A stretch of 64,000 bases of DNA from a bacterium (GCA_963692865.2 OY843592.1:3680001-3744000), one strand, 5' to 3'; counted from the first letter of the stretch, positions 8,863-19,586 are shown. The notes: a model not told the origin generated them from the sequence alone. Made by a program: numbers and translations.

Positions 8863-9723
8863 ATGAAGCGCCTTTCCGAGCACCTGTACGCAGAGACCGA
8901 CTACGACTGGGCGAACGTGGGCGCCGCCGTCACGGAGCGCGGCGTCGTCCTCCTCGACTGCCCGGTGCGGCCGAGCGATTCGCGCAAGTGGCAGGAAGAG
9001 GTCTCGCGTTTAAGCCCGCTGGGGGTGCGCTACCTCATCGCCACCGATTACCACGGCGACCACACCACGGGCTCCTCGTTCATCGAAGGAGACGTGGCGC
9101 TCATCGCCCCCCAGTACGTCTATGACGAGATATCGAAGGGCGACAACGCATTTTCCAAGGAAATCTTCGTGAAGACGCTCCGGGACCTGGGCTTCACCGA
9201 GGAGGCGGATGAGATCACGAGCGCCGCCGTGCCGCTTCCCCAGTTCTGCTTCGAGGACACCCTCACGCTGCACCTTGCGCCGCTCACGTTCGAGATTCAC
9301 CGCAAGGGCGGCCACTCCCCCGCATGCACGTCCGTCCTCGTGCCCGAGGAGGGCGTGCTCTTCGCAGGCGACGTCGTGATCAACGGCCCCTCGGCCGGCA
9401 TGCGCGACGCCTTCGTGCAGGAGTGGATAGACGCGCTCGCCTGGGTGGAGGATCTCGATATCGAGACCATCGTGCCCGGCCACGGCGAGATATGCGGCAA
9501 GGAAGCGGCGACGGAGTTGAAAGGCCGTTTGAGCGGGATGATGGAGATCATGGTCGAGGTCGTCGCCGCGGGCAAGGAGAAGCGGGAAGCCACGGAGGAC
9601 CAGAAATTCATGAAATATTTCCACGCCGACGAAACGCGCGGCGAATACTGGCTCCAGCAGAGAAAAGAAACCTTCCGAGACGGCCTGGAGCGCCTGTATG
9701 ACGAGGTCGTCGCGCAACGCTAG
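8863..9723 (+). CDS. MBL-fold metallo-hydrolase (cyclase-like)
   Basis: TDYHGDH, GGHSP, FAGD, VPGHG. Start trimmed to ATG 8863. Confidence 0.88.
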   Translation: MKRLSEHLYAETDYDWANVGAAVTERGVVLLDCPVRPSDSRKWQEEVSRLSPLGVRYLIATDYHGDHTTGSSFIEGDVALIAPQYVYDEISKGDNAFSKEIFVKTLRDLGFTEEADEITSAAVPLPQFCFEDTLTLHLAPLTFEIHRKGGHSPACTSVLVPEEGVLFAGDVVINGPSAGMRDAFVQEWIDALAWVEDLDIETIVPGHGEICGKEAATELKGRLSGMMEIMVEVVAAGKEKREATEDQKFMKYFHADETRGEYWLQQRKETFRDGLERLYDEVVAQR

Positions 9724-9758
9724 AGCCTGCTCCATCACCAACCGACAAGGAGGCGCAA

Positions 9759-10187
9759 ATGAGAGTAGAAGAGAAGAGAATCGGCCGCATCTTCCGCGTC
9801 ACGCTGGAGGCCGGAGACAATTTCTATACGAACCTGTGCGATCTCGTGAAGGAGAAGAACATCCGCGCGGGTTCGGTTTTCCTCATCGGCGCCCTCGCCG
9901 AGACGGACATGATTTCGGGCTTCAAGAGCATGGACGGCTACGACGTCGACCGCCTGCACTTCGAGGGCTGGCGCGAACTCGTGGCGCTCGGCAACATCAC
10001 CTGGCCGGACGAGCCGCCCCTCGCGCTCGGCGACGTGACCTGGGACGAACCCCAGCCCTACGTCCACGTGCACATGGCCATCAGCGGCGGTCCGGGCGAG
10101 CCGGAAAAGGTTCTGGCGGGCCACCTGAGCGACGGCATCATCAAAGGCGGGATGGTCGTCGAAATCTACGAGCACCTGGACGCCTAG
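9759..10187 (+). CDS. PPC/DUF296 domain protein
   Basis: IGAL, ELVALGNI, PYVHVH, LAGHL motifs. Confidence 0.85.
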   Translation: MRVEEKRIGRIFRVTLEAGDNFYTNLCDLVKEKNIRAGSVFLIGALAETDMISGFKSMDGYDVDRLHFEGWRELVALGNITWPDEPPLALGDVTWDEPQPYVHVHMAISGGPGEPEKVLAGHLSDGIIKGGMVVEIYEHLDA

Positions 10188-10231
10188 AGGGGTTCACAAC
10201 CCTTTTCGGGTGTTGTTGACAGAAAGAAACG

Positions 10232-11383
10232 ATGACCGACTCCTCCCTCGAACATCTCCCCTTCGCGCCCAGCGAAGACCCCTTCGTCGTGGAGCACGGC
10301 GGCTTCTACCGCCGGTGGTTCTCCATGATCGAGGACTTGGAGGAACTGAAAAGCGCCGTCGCGTCCCTCGAAGGCACGACGGACGATTTGTGGGTTCCCC
10401 TCTGGCGCGAAATCGGCGCGCGCTACGAAGAGCAGGCGGAAGAACTCGCAGGCCAAGGAGAGACGATCACCGCACGGGAGAAATTCCTCCTCGCCAAGAC
10501 CTACTACAGCATCGCGCGATTCCCCAGACTCCTCACACCGCTCAAGGAGCAAGCCAACCAGGACTGCATACGCGCGTATCTGAAATCGTGCGAATTCCTC
10601 GACCCGCCGCTCGAAGTCGTCGGCGTGGAATCCGAAGGCGAGCGCATCACCTCCCATTTCCGCGCGCCAAAAGAAGCGAGCGCCGCGAATCCCGGCCCCG
10701 CCGTCCTCGTCATGTGCGGCGGGGACATGTTCAAGGAAGACCGCGGCTGGGCGGGCGAGATGGCTCTCGAACACGGCCTCGCCACGCTCGTGATGGACGG
10801 CCCCGGCACGGGGGAGAACCCCTTTCCCTACGAGCCCGAATCCGTCATCGCCTGGAAGGCGGCTGTCGACTATCTCGCCGCCCGTCCCGAAGTGGACTCA
10901 GGAAGCATCGGCGCGTTCGGCATCAGCCGGGGCGGCCATTCGGTGATGCTGCTCGCGGGTTCCTATCCCGAGAAGGTCAAGGCCGCCGTGGCGAGCGCGG
11001 GCCATCACTTCGGCTACCGCATGACGGAGGCGGAGATGGAGAACTACGTCGCCAACAGGAACAGGCGCGCTTCTTACATATTCGGCGCTCCGGGCGACGG
11101 CCCCTCGTTTCCCCCCACCTCGGTCGAGCAGGAAGAGGCGCTGTTCAAGCGCTGGTCGCTGAGCGAACTGGGCCTCGTGGATAAAATCGTCTGCCCCGTC
11201 TTGATGATCAACGGAAAACAGGATCACCTGGCTCCGGTCGGGAACATCTACTACATGCTCGAGCACGGCCCCGTCACCGGCAAGGAGGCGCGCGTCTACC
11301 CGGATGACGGCCACTGCGCCTTCAAGCGCTTCGCCGAGTGGGCGCCCGAGTCGTTTCGGTGGTTGAGGGAGAGGTTGGGGTAA
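10232..11383 (+). CDS. alpha/beta hydrolase, FrsA / 2,6-dihydroxy-pseudooxynicotine hydrolase-like
   Basis: GGDMFKE, DGPGTGE, nucleophile GISRGG, GKQD, DGHC. Confidence 0.85.
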   Translation: MTDSSLEHLPFAPSEDPFVVEHGGFYRRWFSMIEDLEELKSAVASLEGTTDDLWVPLWREIGARYEEQAEELAGQGETITAREKFLLAKTYYSIARFPRLLTPLKEQANQDCIRAYLKSCEFLDPPLEVVGVESEGERITSHFRAPKEASAANPGPAVLVMCGGDMFKEDRGWAGEMALEHGLATLVMDGPGTGENPFPYEPESVIAWKAAVDYLAARPEVDSGSIGAFGISRGGHSVMLLAGSYPEKVKAAVASAGHHFGYRMTEAEMENYVANRNRRASYIFGAPGDGPSFPPTSVEQEEALFKRWSLSELGLVDKIVCPVLMINGKQDHLAPVGNIYYMLEHGPVTGKEARVYPDDGHCAFKRFAEWAPESFRWLRERLG

Positions 11384-11667
11384 TACGCATAAAAACAATA
11401 TCTTAACACTTCATAAGTTTATCGAAAACCATCGTGAATTTAGCTAATTTTTTCGAATTGTTTCAGCCTTCTTATTGATTTTTCTTCGTCAATTCCGGCG
11501 GATGTGCTCCAGGGAACGGTCGTCGAGATGTTTGTGTCCGATCTCGAAGTCGTGTATATTACCCTAATCCTGATTTGTTCATACGATTTTTGGGGTCTTT
11601 CGGTTCCTGACGGGGGCCGACAATTCAAGCCAGCGGGAATGCCCAATCTACAGAGGAGATTGGAGCA

Positions 11668-13437
11668 ATGTCCTCACGCCGAGCCCTGATCGATGTCGCC
11701 CTTGGCAATGAACCGGCAGACCTCGTCATCACGAATGGCCGCGTCGTCAACGTACATACCTGTGAAATCTACAGCGCCGGAGTCGCTATAAAGGGCGACC
11801 GGATAGCGGCGGTCGGTGACATCGATTATGCGATCGGTGCGGACACGGAAGTGATCGACGCGGAGAATCGCTATGTGACGCCCGGCCTGGTCGACGGCCA
11901 CCTCCATATGTATCACTCCTACCTGGGCGTGAACGAGTTCGTCGAAGGGATGCTGCGGCATGGCGTCACCGCCTACGCAGACGGCTTCTATGGCCAGGGG
12001 ATCGTCGGCGGCCGGGAAGCGATCCGGTTTTTCAAGGATGCGCTCGAGGCCACCCCCCTCAGGCTGATATTCCTGGTCCCCACCCTCGCGCACCTGCAGA
12101 ACCGCGAACTCGGCCTCGAGCCCACGCCGGGCATCAGCGTCGAGGAGATGAACGAGATGCTCGACTGGGAAAACTGCGTGGGTCTTGAGGAGCCGCCGTT
12201 CCTGCCGGTCTGCGAGAAGTGGGACGATTACCTGGACCTCTTCGACCGGTGCCTGGAGCAGCGTAAAACGATTACGGGACATGCCGCCGGCGCAAACTGG
12301 CGCCAGATGCAGGCATACGCCGCGGTCGGAACCAGTACCGACCACGAGTCCATTGCGACCGACGAGGCGGTCGACAAGACCCGGGCCGGCTTTCGCCTGC
12401 TCATGCGCCTCGGGTCAGGCGCGATTGACGTGCCGGAGCTCGTCAAGGCGTATCTTGAGCACAAGATCGACCCGAGAGCGCTTGCCATGTGCGCCGATCT
12501 TGCATCGCCGGAGAAACTGCTGCGAGAGGGCGGGGTCGACGATAATATCCGCGTGGCCATTAGAAACGGGGTGCCGCCCGTTGTCGCGGTTCAGATGGCG
12601 ACCATCAATGTCGCCGAGGCCTTCTATTTGCAGAGGGACATAGGGGCGGTTGCTCCTGGCCGCTACGCTGACATCCTGCTCGTCGACGACCTGGTCACGT
12701 TTGATATCTCCCGCGTGTTCGTCGGCGGGGAGACCGTAGTGCATGACGGCGAGTTCCTGGCGGACCTGGCACCCATCGAGTATCCCGGCAACTTCCGCGG
12801 GACGGTCAGGATCGAGCGTGAGATCACCGCCGGTGCTCTAGAACCTCGAACCGATGAGGAGGGCCCGGTGACCGTCCGGGTAATCGGCGTGACGGACGGC
12901 AGCCTTGTCACCGATGACGGAAGAGCGGTCCTCAACGTCGACGACGGCGTGATAAGGCCTGATCTCGACAACGACATCCTGCCGCTGACGATGGCCGATC
13001 GGTTCGGCAAGGGAGGCGGGCGCATCGGCAACGGCTTCGTGCGCGGCTTCGGACTCAAGCGCGGCGCGATTGCGTCGACTGTAAACGCCGTCTGCGAGAA
13101 TCTGGTTGCGGTCGGCGCGAGCACGTCCGATATGGCATTCGCCATGAACAAGCTCGCCGAGATCGGCGGCGGGAAGATCGTCGTTGCCGATGGCGAGATC
13201 CTCGCGCTGGTGGAGTTGCCCCTTCTCGGGCTTTTGTCCGAAGAACCGACGGAGACGGTCACGGCGAAGTTCGACAAGGCGTTCGACGCCATACGCGAAC
13301 TCGGGTGCGATCTGGCGAGCCCGTTCTCACAGCTTGAGTTCAGCTTCGCCTGCGGCGAAATCGGCGACCTGCGGCTTTCCGACGAAGGGTTGTTGCGGGT
13401 TGACCCGCCGGAGATGGTGCCGTTGGTCGTAGCATGA
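11668..13437 (+). CDS. adenine deaminase-like amidohydrolase (divergent)
   Basis: PGLVDGHLH, GHA, TDHE, MATIN, GAVAPGRYAD, plus an Ade C-terminal domain (FVRGFGLKRGAIAST). Confidence 0.85.
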   Translation: MSSRRALIDVALGNEPADLVITNGRVVNVHTCEIYSAGVAIKGDRIAAVGDIDYAIGADTEVIDAENRYVTPGLVDGHLHMYHSYLGVNEFVEGMLRHGVTAYADGFYGQGIVGGREAIRFFKDALEATPLRLIFLVPTLAHLQNRELGLEPTPGISVEEMNEMLDWENCVGLEEPPFLPVCEKWDDYLDLFDRCLEQRKTITGHAAGANWRQMQAYAAVGTSTDHESIATDEAVDKTRAGFRLLMRLGSGAIDVPELVKAYLEHKIDPRALAMCADLASPEKLLREGGVDDNIRVAIRNGVPPVVAVQMATINVAEAFYLQRDIGAVAPGRYADILLVDDLVTFDISRVFVGGETVVHDGEFLADLAPIEYPGNFRGTVRIEREITAGALEPRTDEEGPVTVRVIGVTDGSLVTDDGRAVLNVDDGVIRPDLDNDILPLTMADRFGKGGGRIGNGFVRGFGLKRGAIASTVNAVCENLVAVGASTSDMAFAMNKLAEIGGGKIVVADGEILALVELPLLGLLSEEPTETVTAKFDKAFDAIRELGCDLASPFSQLEFSFACGEIGDLRLSDEGLLRVDPPEMVPLVVA

Positions 13438-13465
13438 CGAAAACCGGAAACACGAAGGAGAGATC

Positions 13466-14227
13466 ATGAGTGAGGGAAAGCTGGCAGGCCGGGTCGCAAT
13501 CGTGACCGGCGGATCGCGGGGGCTTGGACAGGCGATTGCGTGGGAATTCGCGAGTGAGGGCGCAGACGTGGCCGTGGTCGGCCGAGACGAAGACGCCCTC
13601 GCCGAGACGATTGACGGGGTCGAGCAACGTGGCCGAAAGGCCGTCGGTATCGCGGCGGAGCTCCGTGAAGTCGCCTCGATCCCGGGGGTTTTCGACAAAG
13701 CCGAGAGCGAACTCGGCGAATCGACGATTCTTGTCAACAGTGCGGGCGTACAGGGGGATCGTCCGGCACTCGAAGTCACCGAGGCGCAGTATGACGAGGT
13801 CGCCGATACCAACATGAAGGCGCTGTTCTTCTGCTGCCAGGAGGCCGGCAAGCGGTGGATCGAGCGCAAGAGCGGCGGGCGCATCATCAACCTCGGTTCC
13901 ATTTTCGCCGTCGTCGGGATGCCCAATTTCTCGGTCTATTGCTCAACGAAAGGCGGCGTGCTGCTGCTCTCCAAAGCGCTCGCGATCGAGTGGGGGCCAC
14001 ACGGAATCAACGTCAATCTGATCGGCCCCTGCGCCACGATGACGGACATGGTCAGGCCGCTGTTCGACGACCCCGATTTCAAGGCGGCGTACATGCCGAG
14101 GGTGCCCGCCGGCGCCCTGCCTGATCCCCTGGACATCGGCAGAGCAGCCGTCTTCCTGGCCTCGGACGATGCGCGGATGATTCATGGACACCATCTACTC
14201 GTCGATTCCGGCTATACGACCAATTAA
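13466..14227 (+). CDS. SDR family oxidoreductase
   Basis: TGGSRGLG, VNSAG, YCSTK. Confidence 0.93.
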   Translation: MSEGKLAGRVAIVTGGSRGLGQAIAWEFASEGADVAVVGRDEDALAETIDGVEQRGRKAVGIAAELREVASIPGVFDKAESELGESTILVNSAGVQGDRPALEVTEAQYDEVADTNMKALFFCCQEAGKRWIERKSGGRIINLGSIFAVVGMPNFSVYCSTKGGVLLLSKALAIEWGPHGINVNLIGPCATMTDMVRPLFDDPDFKAAYMPRVPAGALPDPLDIGRAAVFLASDDARMIHGHHLLVDSGYTTN

Positions 14228-14244
14228 TCGAAGTTCGGGGGGCT

Positions 14245-15348
14245 GTGACCCTGGTGACTGATCAGAGCGAAACACCAGGCGGGCCTGTCGCAGGCGACCA
14301 TATCGGGAACGGTCCCAACCAGGAAACGGCCCGGGCCGTCGGCGCCTTGGAACGAACGCGGGGAATGATGCGCCTTGAGGTGCAGTTGCTGTTTGTCCTC
14401 GTCTTCCTCTACCTCGTGTTTTCGGCCATAGAACCCGACATCTTTCTTTCCGTCAGAACCATCGAGAATCTCGCCAGACAGGCGGGGGTGCTGCTGGTCG
14501 CCAGCGTCGGGCAAATGCTGGTGCTCGTCGTGGGTGGTTTCGACATTTCGGTCGGCGCGACTGCGGGATTCGCCTCCACGGCGCTGGCGCTGCTCGTCGA
14601 CGATTTCGGGCTGTACGGGGCCGTCACGGCGGCTTTGGCGCTTGGAGCCCTTGTCGGATCCGTCAACGGTCTTGTTATCGCGTATCTGGGGGTCAACCCC
14701 TTCGTGGCTACCTTGGCGATGCTGACATTCCTGACCGGGTTGTCAAACGAACTGAGCAGCGGTGCGTCGGTTCCGATTACCGACCGGGGTGTGAGCGCGT
14801 TCGGGGCGGACGAGTGGGGGCCGTTGCCGGGGACAATGGGAGTCGGACTGGTTGTCGTATTCATTGCGTACCTGCTCCTCAACCGCGTCAGGGCGGGTCT
14901 TTACATCTATGCGATAGGGGGTGCTCGTGAGACGTCGCGGCTGTCGGGGATTTCGGTCGCCCGTTACGAGGTTCTCGCCTATGCGATGTGCGGTCTTTTT
15001 GCCGCAACCGCCGGGGTCATGCTCGCATCCAGGGTCACGCTTGGACAGGCAAGCCTCGGGGCCGGGCTGGAGCTTGAATCCATCGCCGCGGCGGTGATCG
15101 GGGGCGCCGCGATCGGCGGCGGAGTCGGTCGGCTGCTTGGCGCTGCGATGGGAGTGGGGATACTGACGGTACTCACCAGCGGTCTCGAGATCGTCGGTGT
15201 TTCGGAGTTCGCGCGCCAGATGGTTACCGGCGTCGTGCTGGTTGTAGCGGTCGCCTTCAACCAGCGGCGACGAATAGGTGAATGGGAGATCCTAAAGCGG
15301 GCAAAATCCCTGCTTCGCGGCAGCGGCGCCCGGTTAAGCGGTCCTTGA
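14245..15348 (+). CDS. ribose-type (CUT2) ABC transporter permease
   Basis: GGFDISVG, PFVATL, YAIGG, ELESIAAAVIGGAAIGGG; start uncertain. Confidence 0.9.
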   Translation: MTLVTDQSETPGGPVAGDHIGNGPNQETARAVGALERTRGMMRLEVQLLFVLVFLYLVFSAIEPDIFLSVRTIENLARQAGVLLVASVGQMLVLVVGGFDISVGATAGFASTALALLVDDFGLYGAVTAALALGALVGSVNGLVIAYLGVNPFVATLAMLTFLTGLSNELSSGASVPITDRGVSAFGADEWGPLPGTMGVGLVVVFIAYLLLNRVRAGLYIYAIGGARETSRLSGISVARYEVLAYAMCGLFAATAGVMLASRVTLGQASLGAGLELESIAAAVIGGAAIGGGVGRLLGAAMGVGILTVLTSGLEIVGVSEFARQMVTGVVLVVAVAFNQRRRIGEWEILKRAKSLLRGSGARLSGP

Positions 15349-15384
15349 CGCAACATGTCGTTTTCACTGCCAAAGGAGAACACC

Positions 15385-16509
15385 ATGCGTATCAAATCCA
15401 TGATTGCCATGCTGAGTCTCGTCACGTTTATGCTTATGTTCTGGGGAGGGAGCGAGGTTCGCGCCCAGAAAATCAAAATCAGTCCCAAAGATGAAGCCTA
15501 TGCGAAGTATCAGGCGCTTTCGACGGCGAAGAAGCTGCATTCGAATCTTCCCTGCACGGTTTCTCCTACCCCGGATGAAGCCGCGGCGTACCGCGCGCCA
15601 AAAGCGAAGCGCAGATACACAATCGGCTTCATGGAGCCCACGCTGGCGGGACACTACTACCAGGCTGGTTCGAGCGGCGCGTTCAAGGCCGCCAAAGAAG
15701 CGGGCGTGAAGCTGGAGTTCGTTTCGGCGGGCACCGGATACGCGTCGCCCGAGCAGCAGCTCAAACAGGCCGAACGTCTCCTGCTGAAAGGCGTGGATGC
15801 AGTCGCCGTCATCCCGACCGATATTCAGGGCGGCGTCGCCATCACCAATCTTTTCCTCCGCGAGAAAATCCCGGTCGTGATCGTGGCCACCGAGTCCAGT
15901 TCGCCGGATGCATACATGGTGATGCAGGACGACTACCAGATGGGTCGTGATTCGGCTGACCTCCTGGTGAAGGAGACCGGCCCGAATGCCGGGAAGGGCA
16001 TCGTGATCGCCGGGCCAGCCAACGCCACCTGGTCGGCCAAGCGGGCAGCCGGTTTCGCGGATCGGGTGAAAGAAAAGTACCCGGGCGTCAAGATCGCCGT
16101 CTCGGCGACGCAGAACGTCGATCCGGCCCAAGGGCTGAAATCATTCGAGAACGCGGTTCAGGCCCATCCCGATATCAAATGGGTGTATTCGGTCTTCAAC
16201 CTGCTGCTCGATCCCGACTCGCTGCCGGCGCGGTACAAGAAAGTGGCTTTCGTCACGAACGGTCTGGACCCTGCCTCCATTCAGGATTTGAAAGAGGGTC
16301 AATACTCGACGATCATCGGCATCACGCCGACGCCGATGGGGTATCAGGGGGTGGGTCACGCCGTGGCGATACTGAACGGCGATCAAAACGTGCCCGCCCT
16401 GGTGTGCATTCCGCTGACGCGGTACACGGCAAAAGACATGCCGCCCAACAAAACGGCGGTGACTCTGGAGCTTATCCAGAAAGGGTTTGAGGTCTCGGCT
16501 CAAAAATGA
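15385..16509 (+). CDS. sugar/nucleoside ABC transporter substrate-binding protein
   Basis: Signal peptide; RbsB-like features (KGVDAVAV, DDYQMG, KRAAGF); AGGAG RBS before ATG 15385. Confidence 0.85.
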   Translation: MRIKSMIAMLSLVTFMLMFWGGSEVRAQKIKISPKDEAYAKYQALSTAKKLHSNLPCTVSPTPDEAAAYRAPKAKRRYTIGFMEPTLAGHYYQAGSSGAFKAAKEAGVKLEFVSAGTGYASPEQQLKQAERLLLKGVDAVAVIPTDIQGGVAITNLFLREKIPVVIVATESSSPDAYMVMQDDYQMGRDSADLLVKETGPNAGKGIVIAGPANATWSAKRAAGFADRVKEKYPGVKIAVSATQNVDPAQGLKSFENAVQAHPDIKWVYSVFNLLLDPDSLPARYKKVAFVTNGLDPASIQDLKEGQYSTIIGITPTPMGYQGVGHAVAILNGDQNVPALVCIPLTRYTAKDMPPNKTAVTLELIQKGFEVSAQK

Positions 16510-16552
16510 TCGGCAAGCAGCGCTTCGCTCGCAAGCCTGGTGGCCACAGAGG

Positions 16553-18091
16553 ATGGAATTGCTGAATTCCCAAGCCGAAGAACGCCGCGTCCCCGCCATC
16601 AGGATGGAGAACGTCACCAAAACGTTCCCCGGCGTAACGGCCCTGGATCGCGTCAGTTTTGATGTCGACCACGGTGAGATACACGCGGTGGTCGGGGAGA
16701 ACGGGTCGGGAAAATCCACGCTTCTGAAGCTGATGGTGGGCGCTTTCCCGATGGATTCCGGGCTGATCCACATCAACGGGGATGAGGTTCGGCTGCGCTC
16801 GCCGCGTGAAGCCAGGAAGCGGTACGGCATCAAGATAATGCCGCAGGATGTCGAGTTGTGCGGACAACTGATTACCGGCCGGAACATCATGCTTGGCCTT
16901 GAGGGAGCGCTGGTCGACCGGAACAGGCTCTCTCGCCGCGAGCAAGCAATAACAAAAGATGTGCTCCGCCTGATCGGCGCTCACGTGGATCCCCTGGTCC
17001 TGGGGGAGGATTTAAGCACACCGGAGGCTCGGTTTATCCAGATCGCTCACGCGCTCCTGCCTCCCGTGAACGTGGTCCTTTGCGACGAGCCGACGGCGGT
17101 ACTCTCCACAGTGGATGCCGAGGCGCTTCTGGCCACCTTGACCCGGATTCGGAGCGAAGCGGGTACGGCCATTGTATATGTCAGCCACCGGATCGGTGAG
17201 GTACTACAGATAGCCGACCGCATCACGATCCTGCGCGACGGCCTCAGCGTCGGTACGTTTCGACGCGGCGAAATCGACCGAGGACAAATGATTGAGCTGA
17301 TGATCAAGTCCGCGCGCCCCGGGGAGCAAGGGGCGCCGGCTCAAGACGCCGCCCGGGGCGCGGCGAAAACAGGCAAGCTGGCAGTCAAGGCGCTCGGGCT
17401 GGGCCGGAGCTTCTCAGACGTCTCGTTCGAAGTAGCGGCGGGACAGATTGTGGGAATCGCCGGCGCGCAAGGTGCGGGATTTGGCCCGCTGCTCGCCTCG
17501 ATTGCGGGCCGTATCAAATACGACGCCGGCTCTATCGAGCTGGACGAGGCCGCCGTTCCGCCCGGCTCGACCACGAAAGCATACAGGTTCGGGATCGCGC
17601 TGGTCCCTGCCGATAGGCGGCAGGCGGGCATCATCCCGTCGCTCACGGTTCGGGAGAACATCGCCTTGCCCGTTACAGGATCGCTTGGGCGGTACGGTTT
17701 CCGGCTTCGACGGACCGAGCGGGAAACGAGCCGAAAGAGCGCCGAGATATTCGATATCAGGGGAGCCGGGCTTAACACGATGGCCGGAAACCTGAGCGGC
17801 GGCAACCAACAGAAACTGGCGATTGCCCGATGCCTTCAGGGGGACCCGAAGTTTCTTCTGCTCGAAGAACCCACGCAAGGCATTGATATCGGCGCCAAGT
17901 CCGAGGTCCGTCATTACATCAGCAGGCTCGTTCGTAATGAAGGAATGGGCGCGTTGGTTGCAAGCTCCGAGTTCGAAGATCTAATTGGCTTTTCGGATGT
18001 CCTCCATGTGATGCGTCTGGGCCGGATCGTCGCGACATTCGACGGGAAGACGGCGACCTACTCGGAGATCCTTCACGCGGCGCTCCCTTAG
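16553..18091 (+). CDS. sugar ABC transporter ATP-binding protein (tandem NBD)
   Basis: GENGSGKST, DEPT, LSGGNQQK, EEPTQGID. Confidence 0.93.
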   Translation: MELLNSQAEERRVPAIRMENVTKTFPGVTALDRVSFDVDHGEIHAVVGENGSGKSTLLKLMVGAFPMDSGLIHINGDEVRLRSPREARKRYGIKIMPQDVELCGQLITGRNIMLGLEGALVDRNRLSRREQAITKDVLRLIGAHVDPLVLGEDLSTPEARFIQIAHALLPPVNVVLCDEPTAVLSTVDAEALLATLTRIRSEAGTAIVYVSHRIGEVLQIADRITILRDGLSVGTFRRGEIDRGQMIELMIKSARPGEQGAPAQDAARGAAKTGKLAVKALGLGRSFSDVSFEVAAGQIVGIAGAQGAGFGPLLASIAGRIKYDAGSIELDEAAVPPGSTTKAYRFGIALVPADRRQAGIIPSLTVRENIALPVTGSLGRYGFRLRRTERETSRKSAEIFDIRGAGLNTMAGNLSGGNQQKLAIARCLQGDPKFLLLEEPTQGIDIGAKSEVRHYISRLVRNEGMGALVASSEFEDLIGFSDVLHVMRLGRIVATFDGKTATYSEILHAALP

Positions 18092-18273
18092 GCGTCGGCG
18101 CCGAGGCTGCGGCGAACGGCGCAGCGTTGAACTCTTTTGATATTGCAGTTGCACGTCTTGTCGAAATACAGTAGCCCTCTTTCACCTGCGTTCAGATGGT
18201 AAGCCGACTGACATAGCTGAACGCTGGCGCCGATCATTTATCATCCCGTTTCTTAAAAAACCAGGAGACCGTC

Positions 18274-19161
18274 ATGGAGCGCAAAAAAGCGAGTGATTTC
18301 GACCAGGAACTGCTGGACCTGTTCGATGAGTACGTGCACGGCGTCATCGAGCGCAGGGAGTTTCTCGACAAGGCGGCCAAGTTCGCCGCGGGCGGCCTCA
18401 CCGCCGCCGCCCTGCTGGACATGCTCTCGCCCGACTACGCCCTTGCGAAACAGGTCGATGAGAACGACGCGCGCATCAAGGGCGAGACCATTGAATACGC
18501 CTCCCCAAAAGGACACGGGCGTATCAAAGGCTATCTCGTCCGGCCCGCGGGCGGGGGCAAGCGCGGCGGCGTGGTCGTCGTGCACGAGAACAGGGGCCTG
18601 AACCCCTACATCGCGGACGTCGCCCGGCGCGCCGCCGTGGCCGGCTTCACCGCGCTCGCGCCCGACGGCCTCACGCCGCTGGGCGGATACCCCGGCAACG
18701 ACCCCGACGGGAAGGTCATGCAGCGAAAGCTGGACAAGGGGAAACTGCTGCAGGATTTCTTCGCCGCTTTTGATCGCTTACAGGCCGACGCGAGCGCGAA
18801 CGGCAAGGTGGGCGTGGTGGGCTTTTGCTACGGGGGCGGCGTATCGAACGCCATGGCCGTGCACAAGCCGGACCTCGCAGCGTCGGTTCCCTTCTACGGC
18901 CGCCAGCCCAGGACCGAGGCCGAGGTCGCGAGGATCAAGGCGCCCCTGCTGCTCCACTTCGGCGAATTCGACCGCCGCATCAACAAGGGCTGGCCCGCCT
19001 ATGAGGCCGCGCTCAAGAAACACGGCAAGGAATACACGGCGCATTTCTATCCCAAGGCGAACCACGGCTTTCACAACGACACCACGCCGCGCTACGACAA
19101 AGCCGCCGCCGAACTCGCCTGGAAACGCACGATAGACTTCTTCCGGGCGAAGCTGGGGTAA
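18274..19161 (+). CDS. dienelactone hydrolase family protein (YghX-like)
   Basis: [26 protein letters not shown]; twin-arginine-like RREFL leader. Confidence 0.92.
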   Translation: MERKKASDFDQELLDLFDEYVHGVIERREFLDKAAKFAAGGLTAAALLDMLSPDYALAKQVDENDARIKGETIEYASPKGHGRIKGYLVRPAGGGKRGGVVVVHENRGLNPYIADVARRAAVAGFTALAPDGLTPLGGYPGNDPDGKVMQRKLDKGKLLQDFFAAFDRLQADASANGKVGVVGFCYGGGVSNAMAVHKPDLAASVPFYGRQPRTEAEVARIKAPLLLHFGEFDRRINKGWPAYEAALKKHGKEYTAHFYPKANHGFHNDTTPRYDKAAAELAWKRTIDFFRAKLG

Positions 19162-19177
19162 CGGTGTTCCTGCATTC

Positions 19178-19203
19178 GTAGGGGCGGTTCGCGAACCGCC
19201 CCT
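19178..19203. repeat. single GTAG-type REP palindrome
   Basis: GTAGGGGCGGTTCGCGAACCGCCCCT between convergent genes. Confidence 0.75.
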
Positions 19204-19274
19204 CCAGTATTGTTGTACGCACGACGAAATGCCCGAGAAAACCCGGCGCCTAACCGACGAGATTCAAGATTGCC

Positions 19275-19586
19275 TCAGGCGACCCGTCCCTTATACGGAG
19301 CGAGATCGATTTCGCCTTCGCGCTTGCGGGTCTGGGCGATATCGTAGCTGTTCTGCATCCGCATCAGCGTGTCCATCGAGACGCCGAACGCTTTCTCGAC
19401 TCTGAGCGCCATGAGAGGCGAGAGGTCCGCGCGCTCGTTAATCAGTGCGGACAGCGCGGGGCGCGTGACTCCCAAAACCCGCGCCGCCTCGGTCACCGAC
19501 AACCCAAGCGGTTCGATGATCTCGATCTTCACGAACCCGCCCGGATGAGCCGGGTTCTTCATTCGTATGCCACCCGTCGCGCTCAT
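19275..19586 (-). CDS. higA: HigA family antitoxin
   Basis: PAHPG...LSVTEAARVLGVTR...MALR...MQNSYD. Confidence 0.92.
   Translation of the reverse strand: MSATGGIRMKNPAHPGGFVKIEIIEPLGLSVTEAARVLGVTRPALSALINERADLSPLMALRVEKAFGVSMDTLMRMQNSYDIAQTRKREGEIDLAPYKGRVA

Noticed and set aside
11384-11667. Purine riboswitch upstream of the adenine deaminase-like gene
   Set aside because: Conserved purine-aptamer core not recognisable
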